Origin: a virus
Taxonomy: Duplodnaviria > Heunggongvirae > Uroviricota > Caudoviricetes
IMG/VR virus record: IMGVR_UViG_3300037455_000372
Coordinates: 139,710-203,709 of that record
Length of the DNA stretch: 64,000 nt
Strand: one strand, 5' to 3'
In this document: one piece after another, positions 48,537 through 56,900 of the stretch
How the letters are laid out: every line of letters begins with the position of its first letter
How positions within the stretch are numbered: the stretch's first letter is position 1
Made by a program: the position numbers and the translations under genes
The notes under the pieces: generated by a model
The model's input: the letters and a program-made list of their open reading frames with translations, nothing else
Database searches by the model: none
Told to the model about the DNA's origin: nothing

Positions 48537-49748
48537 ATGCCCATTACAAGCAAAACCCTAAGCGGAATGATGCTCGACGGTCAAGAGCCGGAAGAGTCCA
48601 AGGTTATCAACACCGATATCGCCGGTGCTGAAGAAATGCAGATTATGATGTTCTTGACCAACGGTCGTCTTGGACAAGGTCTTGCGTTGATTGAGTCCGC
48701 GACCGAGGACAAGGATGAAGTGGCTCGCGTTCGCACCGCTGTCGACAAGGATGGCAAGATCTGGCTCGAAATCGAGACCAAGAGTGGCATCAATATTATG
48801 GCTGACGCGCTTCCGCTGTCCAATCGCTTTACTGAAACCGTCTACATCCGCGTGTCCGACCTCGCTCGCGCCGTCAAGGAACTGGCGAAGGAACAGACCG
48901 TGTCTCTTTGGGTTTCCGAAGGCAAGCTCTATCTGGGCGGCTACTACAACGAGGAAATCGGCGGATTCGAACTTGAAGTAGGTTTCGAGAGCTGCGAACC
49001 GTTCACCTCCGTCCACGAGACCGAGTTCGACACGATTCTCGAACTTGACCAGATGACTTTCAACACGGTTCTCGATTCTATCTACGAGTTCGACAACGTG
49101 GAAATCTACCGTATGAATAACACGGTGTCTTATCGTACTGGTAACGATAAGTGTACCATCGCTACGGTGATGCAGAACCAAGCCCCTAGCGAGGATAGGC
49201 TCCCGAACCTGAGCATTCGTATTCCGGCTCGTATCTTCAAGACCTTGCCGCTCGTGAATGCATTGGACGACGACCTTGGCCTCTATGTCAAGCTCAAGTT
49301 CAACACGAAGTACCGTGTTATGAAGGTTGAAGGCCAGTATGCCAGCTTGTTCTGCGACTTTACCGACGGGTCTTTGAAGACTTTCAATAACGACGGTATG
49401 GTTCGCCAGTTCACGATTATGTCTGACGCAATCGCAGCCGCTATCGGTACTTACTTCAACATCCACAGCACAGACCCGACCGGTCTCGTGAAGTTGTACA
49501 AGGTTAACGACGGATTGCTCGGTATCGAGACGGTTAATACTGACCGTATGGACGTGAACTTGACTGTCGGTAACGTGACCCTCGATGTCGACGAAATGGA
49601 CATTGAAGTTCCGATGGACGTGCTCACGATGATGATCCGCAAGTCTGGCTGCCCCAAGCTCGACCTCCTCTACAACAAGGAAGCCAACCGCTTGATGATG
49701 GTATACGGAAACGGATTGTTCCTCCGAAAGTGCTGCTACCAAGCTTAA
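48537..49748 (+). CDS. putative DnaN/beta-clamp-like three-domain sliding clamp
   Basis: 403 aa, acidic, three repeats of a clamp-like beta/alpha pattern (VYIRVSDLARAVKEL; IRIPARIFKTL; IEVPMDVLTMMIR). Confidence 0.55.
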   Translation: MPITSKTLSGMMLDGQEPEESKVINTDIAGAEEMQIMMFLTNGRLGQGLALIESATEDKDEVARVRTAVDKDGKIWLEIETKSGINIMADALPLSNRFTETVYIRVSDLARAVKELAKEQTVSLWVSEGKLYLGGYYNEEIGGFELEVGFESCEPFTSVHETEFDTILELDQMTFNTVLDSIYEFDNVEIYRMNNTVSYRTGNDKCTIATVMQNQAPSEDRLPNLSIRIPARIFKTLPLVNALDDDLGLYVKLKFNTKYRVMKVEGQYASLFCDFTDGSLKTFNNDGMVRQFTIMSDAIAAAIGTYFNIHSTDPTGLVKLYKVNDGLLGIETVNTDRMDVNLTVGNVTLDVDEMDIEVPMDVLTMMIRKSGCPKLDLLYNKEANRLMMVYGNGLFLRKCCYQA

Positions 49749-49779
49749 AAAGAAGGCCGAGCGAATCGCTCGGCTTTTT
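49747..49779. terminator. bidirectional terminator
   Basis: A run, GCCGAGCG-aat-CGCTCGGC, T run, between convergent genes. Confidence 0.85.
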
Positions 49780-49781
49780 GT

Positions 49782-50369
49782 TTAGAAGTCAAATCCTTCA
49801 ATGGGTTCAGGTTCTGATTCGGCAGGAGGCGCACCGGTCGGTTCTGAATCGTTGGGCATCTCGACATCGCTGCCGTCGCCTTCCGCGATTTCGCCCAGTT
49901 CCTCCATACCAAGGGGTGCTATATCTTCTTCGGTTTCGGTGGGGTTTTCGGCGTTAATCTTGTCTATGTCGGCTTGCACTTGCTGATACAAGGGTTGTTC
50001 TTGCGGCGTAAAAAGGTTGATATTGGGGTCACCGAACCCCGGCGTTTCCGGATTTTGAGCGACTAGGTCTTCATATGTGATTTCGTCGGTATCGCCTTCG
50101 TGTTCGCCGTTCTTGTAGATATCAAGCAGCTGATCGAAGCCCATATCCTTGATTTTCGAGTTGATATCCTCGTTATCGTTCATACTGGGAGGTTCTTGCA
50201 TAACTTTGTCGTTGGCGATGCGTTCTTGCTCGTCAAGCTCGACTTTCACTTCGTTTCCACTTTTCCCAGATTCTTTCTCAAGCGTCTTCAGATACTGCGG
50301 CTGGCTGTCATCCATAACCGACTTCTTGGGGACATTGATAGTATTGTCGTAAATTCCGTTAAATAGCAT
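49782..50369 (-). CDS. acidic hypothetical putative late protein
   Basis: 195-aa ORF; AATAAACT variant at 50394-50401; GAGG RBS. Confidence 0.7.
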   Translation of the reverse strand: MLFNGIYDNTINVPKKSVMDDSQPQYLKTLEKESGKSGNEVKVELDEQERIANDKVMQEPPSMNDNEDINSKIKDMGFDQLLDIYKNGEHEGDTDEITYEDLVAQNPETPGFGDPNINLFTPQEQPLYQQVQADIDKINAENPTETEEDIAPLGMEELGEIAEGDGSDVEMPNDSEPTGAPPAESEPEPIEGFDF

Positions 50370-50466
50370 TTTTTGACCTCGCAGTATGCTTGTAGTTTAT
50401 TAGCCGCACGAAAAAATGACCAAGGTATAAACTCGTATTTAAACGAACATTATAGTAGGTACCATT

Positions 50467-51069
50467 ATGTTCCACGTAACTGACGAAGATAAATTCCTGG
50501 ATCTAATCGATTCGGTCGCAGCTGAACCTATCGATGAAGAACCGTATAGCATCGTCAAGGATCCGAAACCGGTCGTAGAGTCCGTCTGCACGTTTGATGG
50601 CGTTCAGATTGACCTCGAAAGCTGGTCTAAGAGCGATGGCGTTGCAACAGACTCTAACAAGGTTGGAAAGGCCAAAACCGCTCCCGACCCGAAGCTGACC
50701 AAGGCAGCCCCGAAGACTTCTACCGAGAAGAAGGATGACGGAAAGCTTGTGGAGAAGGTCGAGGTAGACGACAAGAAAAAGAAGGAACAGGTTGTTGAAG
50801 TCAACGCCGAAGCCGAAGTGAAGGCCGAAAAGGCTCCTGAAGCTGGTAAGGGTGGTGAGTTCGACAAGGCTGCCAAGTCTGCCGCTACCGCTCAAGAAGG
50901 CGATGCCAAGTCCAACAAGAAGTTCGCCAAGGGTTGCGATATCCAGACGCGAATTGACCTCTTCAAGAAGGGTGTCGAAAAGCTCGGTGTGGATGCCAAG
51001 TCCAAGGCCGATACGACCAAGATCTTGAAGGAATTTGACCAGATTTCGTCGTATCTAACCGGTAAGTAA
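50467..51069 (+). CDS. Lys/Ala-rich hypothetical putative late protein
   Basis: 200-aa ORF; TATAAACT at 50426-50433; VVES and DLES motifs ahead of a basic region. Confidence 0.75.
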   Translation: MFHVTDEDKFLDLIDSVAAEPIDEEPYSIVKDPKPVVESVCTFDGVQIDLESWSKSDGVATDSNKVGKAKTAPDPKLTKAAPKTSTEKKDDGKLVEKVEVDDKKKKEQVVEVNAEAEVKAEKAPEAGKGGEFDKAAKSAATAQEGDAKSNKKFAKGCDIQTRIDLFKKGVEKLGVDAKSKADTTKILKEFDQISSYLTGK

Positions 51070-51086
51070 TATCCAGAAAAATTGGC

Positions 51087-51111
51087 AAAACCGTCAGAAA
51101 TGGCGGTTTTT
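51087..51111 (+). terminator. rho-independent terminator
   Basis: AAAACCGTCA-gaaa-TGGCGGTTTT. Confidence 0.8.
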
Positions 51112-51129
51112 GTCGTATAATCGTATAAT

Positions 51130-51158
51130 TTGCAATTCAAACTCCTTATTGCTAACTT
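51130..51158 (+). promoter_or_regulatory. replication-gene promoter motif before the DNA polymerase
   Basis: TTGCAATTCAAA-N11-TAACTT. Confidence 0.7.
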
Positions 51159-51178
51159 CAACCCATTAAGAAACCCTT

Positions 51179-54142
51179 ATGCCCGTAGTAAACGAAGAAC
51201 AGAAAACCCCAGTGAGACCGATGTACCGCTCGGTCTACCACGATACCGAAAACGACCGTATGTACGTATGGTACGTTGATGGTACTTTTGACGCTGTACC
51301 CGTCAAGCACGAATTTTATACTACAATTAAGGGTCAGTACAATGCCGTCGAATGCGGAATGAAGAACATCTGGGACCAAGATGTCTACAAGATTGAAATC
51401 AAGAAGCGCGAAGGATTGTCGGCCTACGAATTTGAAAAGCGCATCCGCCAAGACCATAGCGGACCGAACAACAACCTCGCGGAAATCGATATCGACCCGC
51501 GATGCCGTTTCCTACAAGACCATTATAAAGACGCTGGTATGATGTCTCCGAAGATGGAGGACATCAATCTGTGCTTTATGGATATTGAAAACGCCACCAC
51601 CGGACGATTCTCCGCGCCGGTCGAGGCGTTGTACCCAATCAACGTAGTTACCCTATCGTTCTCGAAAGGTAAGAAGCGTTATACATTCGGCTTGCAGCGC
51701 GATATCGACGAAAAGTCGAAAGAGTTTTTACGATCCAAGAATTGCGAATATGTTTTGTGCAGTAGCGAAGCTGACCTTATTTCGAAGGTGATGTATTGCA
51801 TCGGTTCTAACGATGTGGACATCCTCTCCGGTTGGAACTTCGGGTACGATACCGTGTATATGGCCACTCGTATCAAGAAGCTTAACGAAGGTCTTCCTCG
51901 CGCACAGCAGTTGTCCCTAGACTTGATGTCCAGAATGCGTGGACATAACAAGCACGCCTATTTGAACAAGGAGAATGAACTTGTCATCAACGGTACGGAA
52001 GTTATCGACTTCCTTGCCTTGTACAAGAAATATACGTTCTCCGAAGAATCTTCTTATAAGTTGGACTATATTGGTGGAAAGGTCGTCGGCCAGCACAAGG
52101 CTCCGCTTCCTGACGGCTACCAGTCTTGGATTAACCACTGGTCTGACTATGTAGTGTATAACTTTATCGACGTGGAACTTCTGGAACTCATTAACGAGAA
52201 GACCCAGATGTTCAAGCTGGCCGTTACCTCGGCTGCAGCCGCTCGTGTTCCTGTTTCGTTCGTGTTTGAGTCCAAGAAGATGCTGACTGGCTTCGTGCTG
52301 GATCACTTGCATCATACTGGACGCGTGTTCCCTCCGTACAAGACCCAGACCAAGGAAGAGTTCCCCGGTGCTTTCGTTTACTCAGTTCCGGGCTACAAGG
52401 AATACTTGGTTTCGTATGACTACCGTTCACTATATCCGTCGATTATGATGACTTTCAATACCTCTCCGGAGATGAAGGTCACGTTCCCGATCGATTATGT
52501 GCTGACGGAGGAAGAACGCAAGAATCTTATCAAGTCTCCTTGGGACCACAATGGACGCTACCAAGTCTACTTCCGCAAGGACAAGATTGGCGTCGTGCCG
52601 GAAGTTACTCGTCTGTTGTTCGACGGTCGTTCCAACTTGAAAAAGCAGATGAAGAAGGCCAAGAAGGCTGGCGATATGGAAAGCGCGTCGGTCTTCGATA
52701 TGATGCAGAAGGTTTACAAGGTTTTGGGTAACTCTCTGTACGGTCTTCTCGGTTCCAACTACTTCGCTCTGTATGACGTGGACAACGCCGCTTCGATTAC
52801 GGCTTATGGCCAGCGTCTTATTAAGTTCACCATTGAGTGTCTGGCTGAATACATCAACAATGATATCAGTACGGATGACCGCTTCTACAACGTGTTCGGC
52901 TATCGTCCGGAAATCGACCCCGAACTGGTCGGAACGTTCGAAGACCAGAAGACTGGTGAAATTAACTACAAGCGAATGAGCCACGGTGATACGGACTCCT
53001 TCTTCGTCAAGTTCGGCGACATCTACGAACCGTTCAGACAGAAGCAGGGGACTGGTACTTCGGTTCTGGTCTTCAAGGGTCACGAGCTTGTCGAGCACGA
53101 GAAGTTCGATAACGACCACGAAATGGATTCCAAGAAGTTCTTCAACCAGATGTGCCTCAAGTACGATAAGGACGGCTGGACATCTAAGGAAATGCGTACT
53201 CCGGATGAACATACTGGCTTCACCAAATGCCAGATTACGTTTGCCGACGGTATCTATTTCTGTGGCGATCATAGAGTTATTTATAACCGCTACCGCTTGA
53301 CAGACTTCTGCCGTATTCTTGACGCTTGCATTCTTGAAGAGGAACTTGACAAGTATATGCTTGCTTACGCCAACAAGTGGAACTACCTCACCAACGAGTT
53401 GTTCCTCAAGCGCGAGAAGTGCATATACAAGGCCATCGTTACGGCGAAGAAAAAGTACATCTGCTTGGTCGAGTCGATGGAAGATATCGTCTACCTTGAC
53501 AAGGGACACAAGGAAAACGGCAAGTGGATTCAAGGCGACTTGTCGGTCAAGCCCGAATACGCTATCACCGGTCTTGAACTCGTCCGTAGCTCTACCGCTA
53601 TGTTCGGTCGTGACCGTATGATGGAAATGGTGGACTTGATGATGGACGGCCTTGACCGTACTAAGGTTCGTAACCGCTTGCTGGAAATGAAGAAGGAATT
53701 CTTCAAGGCGGTCGCCGAGGATAACATCAACTACATCGCTTGTCCGAGCGGTGTCAAGACGGCTCCGCCTCCGTTCGAAGTCCTTGAAAAGATGACGACC
53801 GAGGAAAAGCTCGCGAACAAGTACGAATGGCGTTGCCAAGGCGCGTCCGTTTGGAACTACTTGATTCTGCACGACCCGGAACTGTCCAAGCACACCTACG
53901 AACCGGTTGCGGCTGGCTCCAAGATCCGTTTCATCAAGAAAGCCGACAAGCTGTTCGGTGTCTCCATCATCTGCTATACAGGTGAAGAATGTCCGCCGAG
54001 ACTGCTCGAAATCTTCCATCCGGACTGGGAAGAACACTGGAAGACAAGCGTTGCCCAGATTCTTGGAAGACTTTTTGAAGCTGTTGGCTGGGATGAACAG
54101 CTGGAATATGACGAAAGTGACTTTATGCTGGAGTATTTCTAA
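51179..54142 (+). CDS. gp43: family B DNA polymerase (T4 gp43-like)
   Basis: Exo I DIE, Exo II GWNFGYD, Exo III YNFIDV; polymerase motifs DYRSLYPS, KVLGNSLYG, GDTDS, KKKY, GLELVRSS. Confidence 0.97.
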   Translation: MPVVNEEQKTPVRPMYRSVYHDTENDRMYVWYVDGTFDAVPVKHEFYTTIKGQYNAVECGMKNIWDQDVYKIEIKKREGLSAYEFEKRIRQDHSGPNNNLAEIDIDPRCRFLQDHYKDAGMMSPKMEDINLCFMDIENATTGRFSAPVEALYPINVVTLSFSKGKKRYTFGLQRDIDEKSKEFLRSKNCEYVLCSSEADLISKVMYCIGSNDVDILSGWNFGYDTVYMATRIKKLNEGLPRAQQLSLDLMSRMRGHNKHAYLNKENELVINGTEVIDFLALYKKYTFSEESSYKLDYIGGKVVGQHKAPLPDGYQSWINHWSDYVVYNFIDVELLELINEKTQMFKLAVTSAAAARVPVSFVFESKKMLTGFVLDHLHHTGRVFPPYKTQTKEEFPGAFVYSVPGYKEYLVSYDYRSLYPSIMMTFNTSPEMKVTFPIDYVLTEEERKNLIKSPWDHNGRYQVYFRKDKIGVVPEVTRLLFDGRSNLKKQMKKAKKAGDMESASVFDMMQKVYKVLGNSLYGLLGSNYFALYDVDNAASITAYGQRLIKFTIECLAEYINNDISTDDRFYNVFGYRPEIDPELVGTFEDQKTGEINYKRMSHGDTDSFFVKFGDIYEPFRQKQGTGTSVLVFKGHELVEHEKFDNDHEMDSKKFFNQMCLKYDKDGWTSKEMRTPDEHTGFTKCQITFADGIYFCGDHRVIYNRYRLTDFCRILDACILEEELDKYMLAYANKWNYLTNELFLKREKCIYKAIVTAKKKYICLVESMEDIVYLDKGHKENGKWIQGDLSVKPEYAITGLELVRSSTAMFGRDRMMEMVDLMMDGLDRTKVRNRLLEMKKEFFKAVAEDNINYIACPSGVKTAPPPFEVLEKMTTEEKLANKYEWRCQGASVWNYLILHDPELSKHTYEPVAAGSKIRFIKKADKLFGVSIICYTGEECPPRLLEIFHPDWEEHWKTSVAQILGRLFEAVGWDEQLEYDESDFMLEYF

Positions 54143-54657
54143 TGATTAAGAAGACTATAGTAGAAAAGGCTCTCATTCGGATATTGTATTCCAAGCTGGG
54201 CAAAGTCGTGAACAACTGGTTTCGTCGCCGTCGTAACAAGAAGCTGCTTGAGGAACTTCCGTTCTTGCGGCCTTTGAATTGGGACGGTTCGGTCGACACG
54301 AGCTATGACTATACTTGGACTCACTTGGACAACTTTCCACGCGGCTGGCACAAGCTGATTGTGAAGTATCTGAGAGAAGTCAAGACCGTCTTGGTTAAGT
54401 ATGGCCAGTTGAACAAGTTGATAATTGTCGAATCGAAGGAGAAGTGGGGCGAGGCTCGCATCTACTACTCCGGTCTGGACAATGCCGACTGCTACGATGA
54501 AATCGACGAAATCTTTAACCGTATGAGCGCGGAGAGCGGTAAGACGTGCTGCGTCTGCGGTAGGAAGGCCGAATATCAGACGCTTGGCTGGATTCTTCCG
54601 TTCTGCGGAAAGTGCATCAAGCGTACGTCTGGTCGTAACCGCAAGATCGAGAATTAG
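54142..54657 (+). CDS. phage hypothetical protein with a C-terminal CxxC...CxxC zinc ribbon
   Basis: PRGW...KEKWGEARIY...CCVCG...CGKC, a pattern common in phage proteins. Confidence 0.75.
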   Translation: MIKKTIVEKALIRILYSKLGKVVNNWFRRRRNKKLLEELPFLRPLNWDGSVDTSYDYTWTHLDNFPRGWHKLIVKYLREVKTVLVKYGQLNKLIIVESKEKWGEARIYYSGLDNADCYDEIDEIFNRMSAESGKTCCVCGRKAEYQTLGWILPFCGKCIKRTSGRNRKIEN

Positions 54658-54977
54658 GAGTTGGCCGTGCTGGTATCTGCAGAAACATTCTCCGGGAAAC
54701 CGTTTCCCATAATGCCGAGGGAAGTGCGCCCCGCTGACGGATATACAGCTGCCTTTGCGCCTTGCTTGGCTGCGTGGCAACGTGCCAGTGCCTTGTCGGA
54801 GACCGTCTGCTTGTCGAAGTATTCGTTCTCGTCAAGCTCGTCGGTACAAGTACGAGGCTGCGGAATTGGTTGCTTTGGGTTGACATCCGAACACACTTGT
54901 TCGTACAAGGACTTTGCAGCCTTGCCGCAATCGCTCGAAAGCGATGAAACATAGGAATAGAAATTAACCTTCGACAT
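54654..54977 (-). CDS. small hypothetical protein
   Basis: 107-aa ORF filling the gap; TATAAACT only 6 nt upstream of the ATG. Confidence 0.6.
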   Translation of the reverse strand: MSKVNFYSYVSSLSSDCGKAAKSLYEQVCSDVNPKQPIPQPRTCTDELDENEYFDKQTVSDKALARCHAAKQGAKAAVYPSAGRTSLGIMGNGFPENVSADTSTANS

Positions 54978-54991
54978 ACTAGGAGTTTATA

Positions 54992-56008
54992 ATGATCTCT
55001 CTTGGAAACACTGAATTTAACGACGAAAGCGGAATCGGAGCTGAAATCCGCAAGAATGAACCTTGGACTAAAAAGTACGAAGGTCACGACCTTACTGGTA
55101 TTATATTACCGTCCGACATCCATAATGAAATCGAGTTCGCTCTGGAGAACAATTCTCTGACCGACTACATTTTCCATTCTGGTGCTCCGGGAACTGGTAA
55201 GACATCCCTTGCGAAGGCCATTCCGGAAATGCTCGGTGTTGACAGCAAGTTCTTCAAGTGTACGAAGGATAGCGAAATTATGGACTCCATCGAGGAGTAC
55301 ATTATGTACAGCTCGCCCAACGGAAAGCCGCGCTTTATCATCATCGACGAAGCCGACAAGCCGAAGGATGCCGACCGTCTGTTCCGTTTCCTCCAGTCTA
55401 CGATTTCCGAAGAGACCCGAACTGTACGTTTTATCTTGACGATGAACGATTTCTGGCGTATTCCGGATGCCATCGTGTCACGATGCCATCCTATCGAGTT
55501 CACGGTTCCGTCTCTTGAAGACCGTGATTACAAGATTCGTCTTTACAAGCACTTGATGGAAATCGCCAAGAAGGAAACCGAGCCGTTTGGCGGCAAGGTT
55601 GACAAGAACACGATTGTTCGCTTGATTCAAGACTATTTCCCGGACATCCGTCAGATGATTGTCTGTATGCAGTCGATCTTCAACAAGAACCGTGGCAGCA
55701 TAACCGGTGAACCGCCTCGTGTTGATGGGGAGATGATTTCCGAGATTTTCCGCTTGACCACGACGTACCAAGTCGTCCAGCTCCGTCAGTACATTTCGGC
55801 ACAAGTCAAGTTCCCTCGCAGCATCTATACTCCGTTCTGCGACTATGCAGTTGAACACTTGCCGCAAGATGTTTTGCTTCCGTTTGGAATCCTCGCTGCA
55901 GATTACATTTTCAAGTCTGCTCACGCGGTCGACCAAGAAATCAACCTATGGGGATTCTTGCTGAACGTGATGAAGGTTCTCCAGTCCGCCAAGAAAGAGG
56001 CCAAGTAA
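54992..56008 (+). CDS. gp44: clamp loader ATPase subunit (T4 gp44-like)
   Basis: WTKKY, Walker A GAPGTGKT, IIDEAD, FILTMN, SRC motif, FPDIR. Confidence 0.93.
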   Translation: MISLGNTEFNDESGIGAEIRKNEPWTKKYEGHDLTGIILPSDIHNEIEFALENNSLTDYIFHSGAPGTGKTSLAKAIPEMLGVDSKFFKCTKDSEIMDSIEEYIMYSSPNGKPRFIIIDEADKPKDADRLFRFLQSTISEETRTVRFILTMNDFWRIPDAIVSRCHPIEFTVPSLEDRDYKIRLYKHLMEIAKKETEPFGGKVDKNTIVRLIQDYFPDIRQMIVCMQSIFNKNRGSITGEPPRVDGEMISEIFRLTTTYQVVQLRQYISAQVKFPRSIYTPFCDYAVEHLPQDVLLPFGILAADYIFKSAHAVDQEINLWGFLLNVMKVLQSAKKEAK

Positions 56009-56478
56009 TGTCGTTTGACCACAAGAAGTTCATAGCCGACCGTATCATCGGCAACCCGGTCACCGGTGCCGACGTTGCGGATTTCGACTCGTACGCCGCG
56101 ATTTACACTTTGTCGATGACGCCGGGACTGATAAACGCATTGACGGCTATCAATACCATCCAGTTCACAAAGCTATCGAAGCATACTCAGGCGAAGGTGA
56201 TGGAATGGTTCAACAAGAAGCCTATCAGCGAGGGGTACATCCGCGCATATCCGTCGGAGATTAACGCGGTTAATCAAAGACGCGAACGTATAATGGACGT
56301 TTACGACGTTTCTATGCTTGAGGCCGATATGCTGCAGCGTTACGGACTTGTCGATATGGATCTGATAAACGAGTTCTATGAGTACAAGACGAATGGTATT
56401 CTTCCGAAGGCGAAGAAGGCCAAGAGGGGTAAAAAGGAGGCGAAACCCAATGGAAGTGAATTGGAAGAAAGTAAGTGA
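56008..56478 (+). CDS. gp62: clamp loader small subunit (T4 gp62-like)
   Basis: Coupled to gp44 (TAATG); FDSY..IYTLS pattern, size and synteny match gp62. Confidence 0.65.
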   Translation: MSFDHKKFIADRIIGNPVTGADVADFDSYAAIYTLSMTPGLINALTAINTIQFTKLSKHTQAKVMEWFNKKPISEGYIRAYPSEINAVNQRRERIMDVYDVSMLEADMLQRYGLVDMDLINEFYEYKTNGILPKAKKAKRGKKEAKPNGSELEESK

Positions 56479-56686
56479 CGAACTGCCGTCCCACAGCAGA
56501 GCCGTCGCCATTTTCCCGCATCACAATGGCAACGAGTTCGCTTGCTGGAATGATTATCACAAGTGCTGGGACACTCCGGACGGTGACGACTATATGTGCG
56601 ATAAGGAATCCGTGTTTTGCTGGGTCGAGATTCCGGACGTTCCGCAAGCATTGAAAGAGGAATGGGCAAATGGTAAATCCAAATAG
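56450..56686 (+). CDS. DUF551-like small phage protein
   Basis: WKKVSDELP...VFCWVEIP pattern. Confidence 0.7.
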   Translation: MEVNWKKVSDELPSHSRAVAIFPHHNGNEFACWNDYHKCWDTPDGDDYMCDKESVFCWVEIPDVPQALKEEWANGKSK

Positions 56687-56900
56687 CGAAGATGTCCAGC
56701 TACTTATGGACACGTTCCACGTCGACAAGGACAAGGCGATCCGTATGATTGAGGGTGGCTGGAATGTCGACTTTATGAAAAAAGGCATCTTTGATACCAT
56801 AGATGCCGAGGTTAATCTGGAAAGTAAGGTCAAAGACCTGAAGAAGGCCGTCGATGCGTCACTGCAGAAGGCTGCCGAGTTTCAGAAGGACTTTAAGTAG
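56670..56900 (+). CDS. small hypothetical protein
   Basis: 76-aa ORF overlapping the previous gene; GAGG RBS. Confidence 0.6.
   Translation: MVNPNSEDVQLLMDTFHVDKDKAIRMIEGGWNVDFMKKGIFDTIDAEVNLESKVKDLKKAVDASLQKAAEFQKDFK

Noticed and set aside
52430-54037. 535-aa antisense ORF in the DNA polymerase, and similar shadows at 25312-27171, 8043-9410 and 48558-49742
   Set aside because: Same codon-bias shadow effect; the sense genes are well supported
51179-54142. Intein or intron in the DNA polymerase
   Set aside because: The ORF is continuous, all motifs are in order, and no splice-junction or LAGLIDADG/HNH motifs are visible
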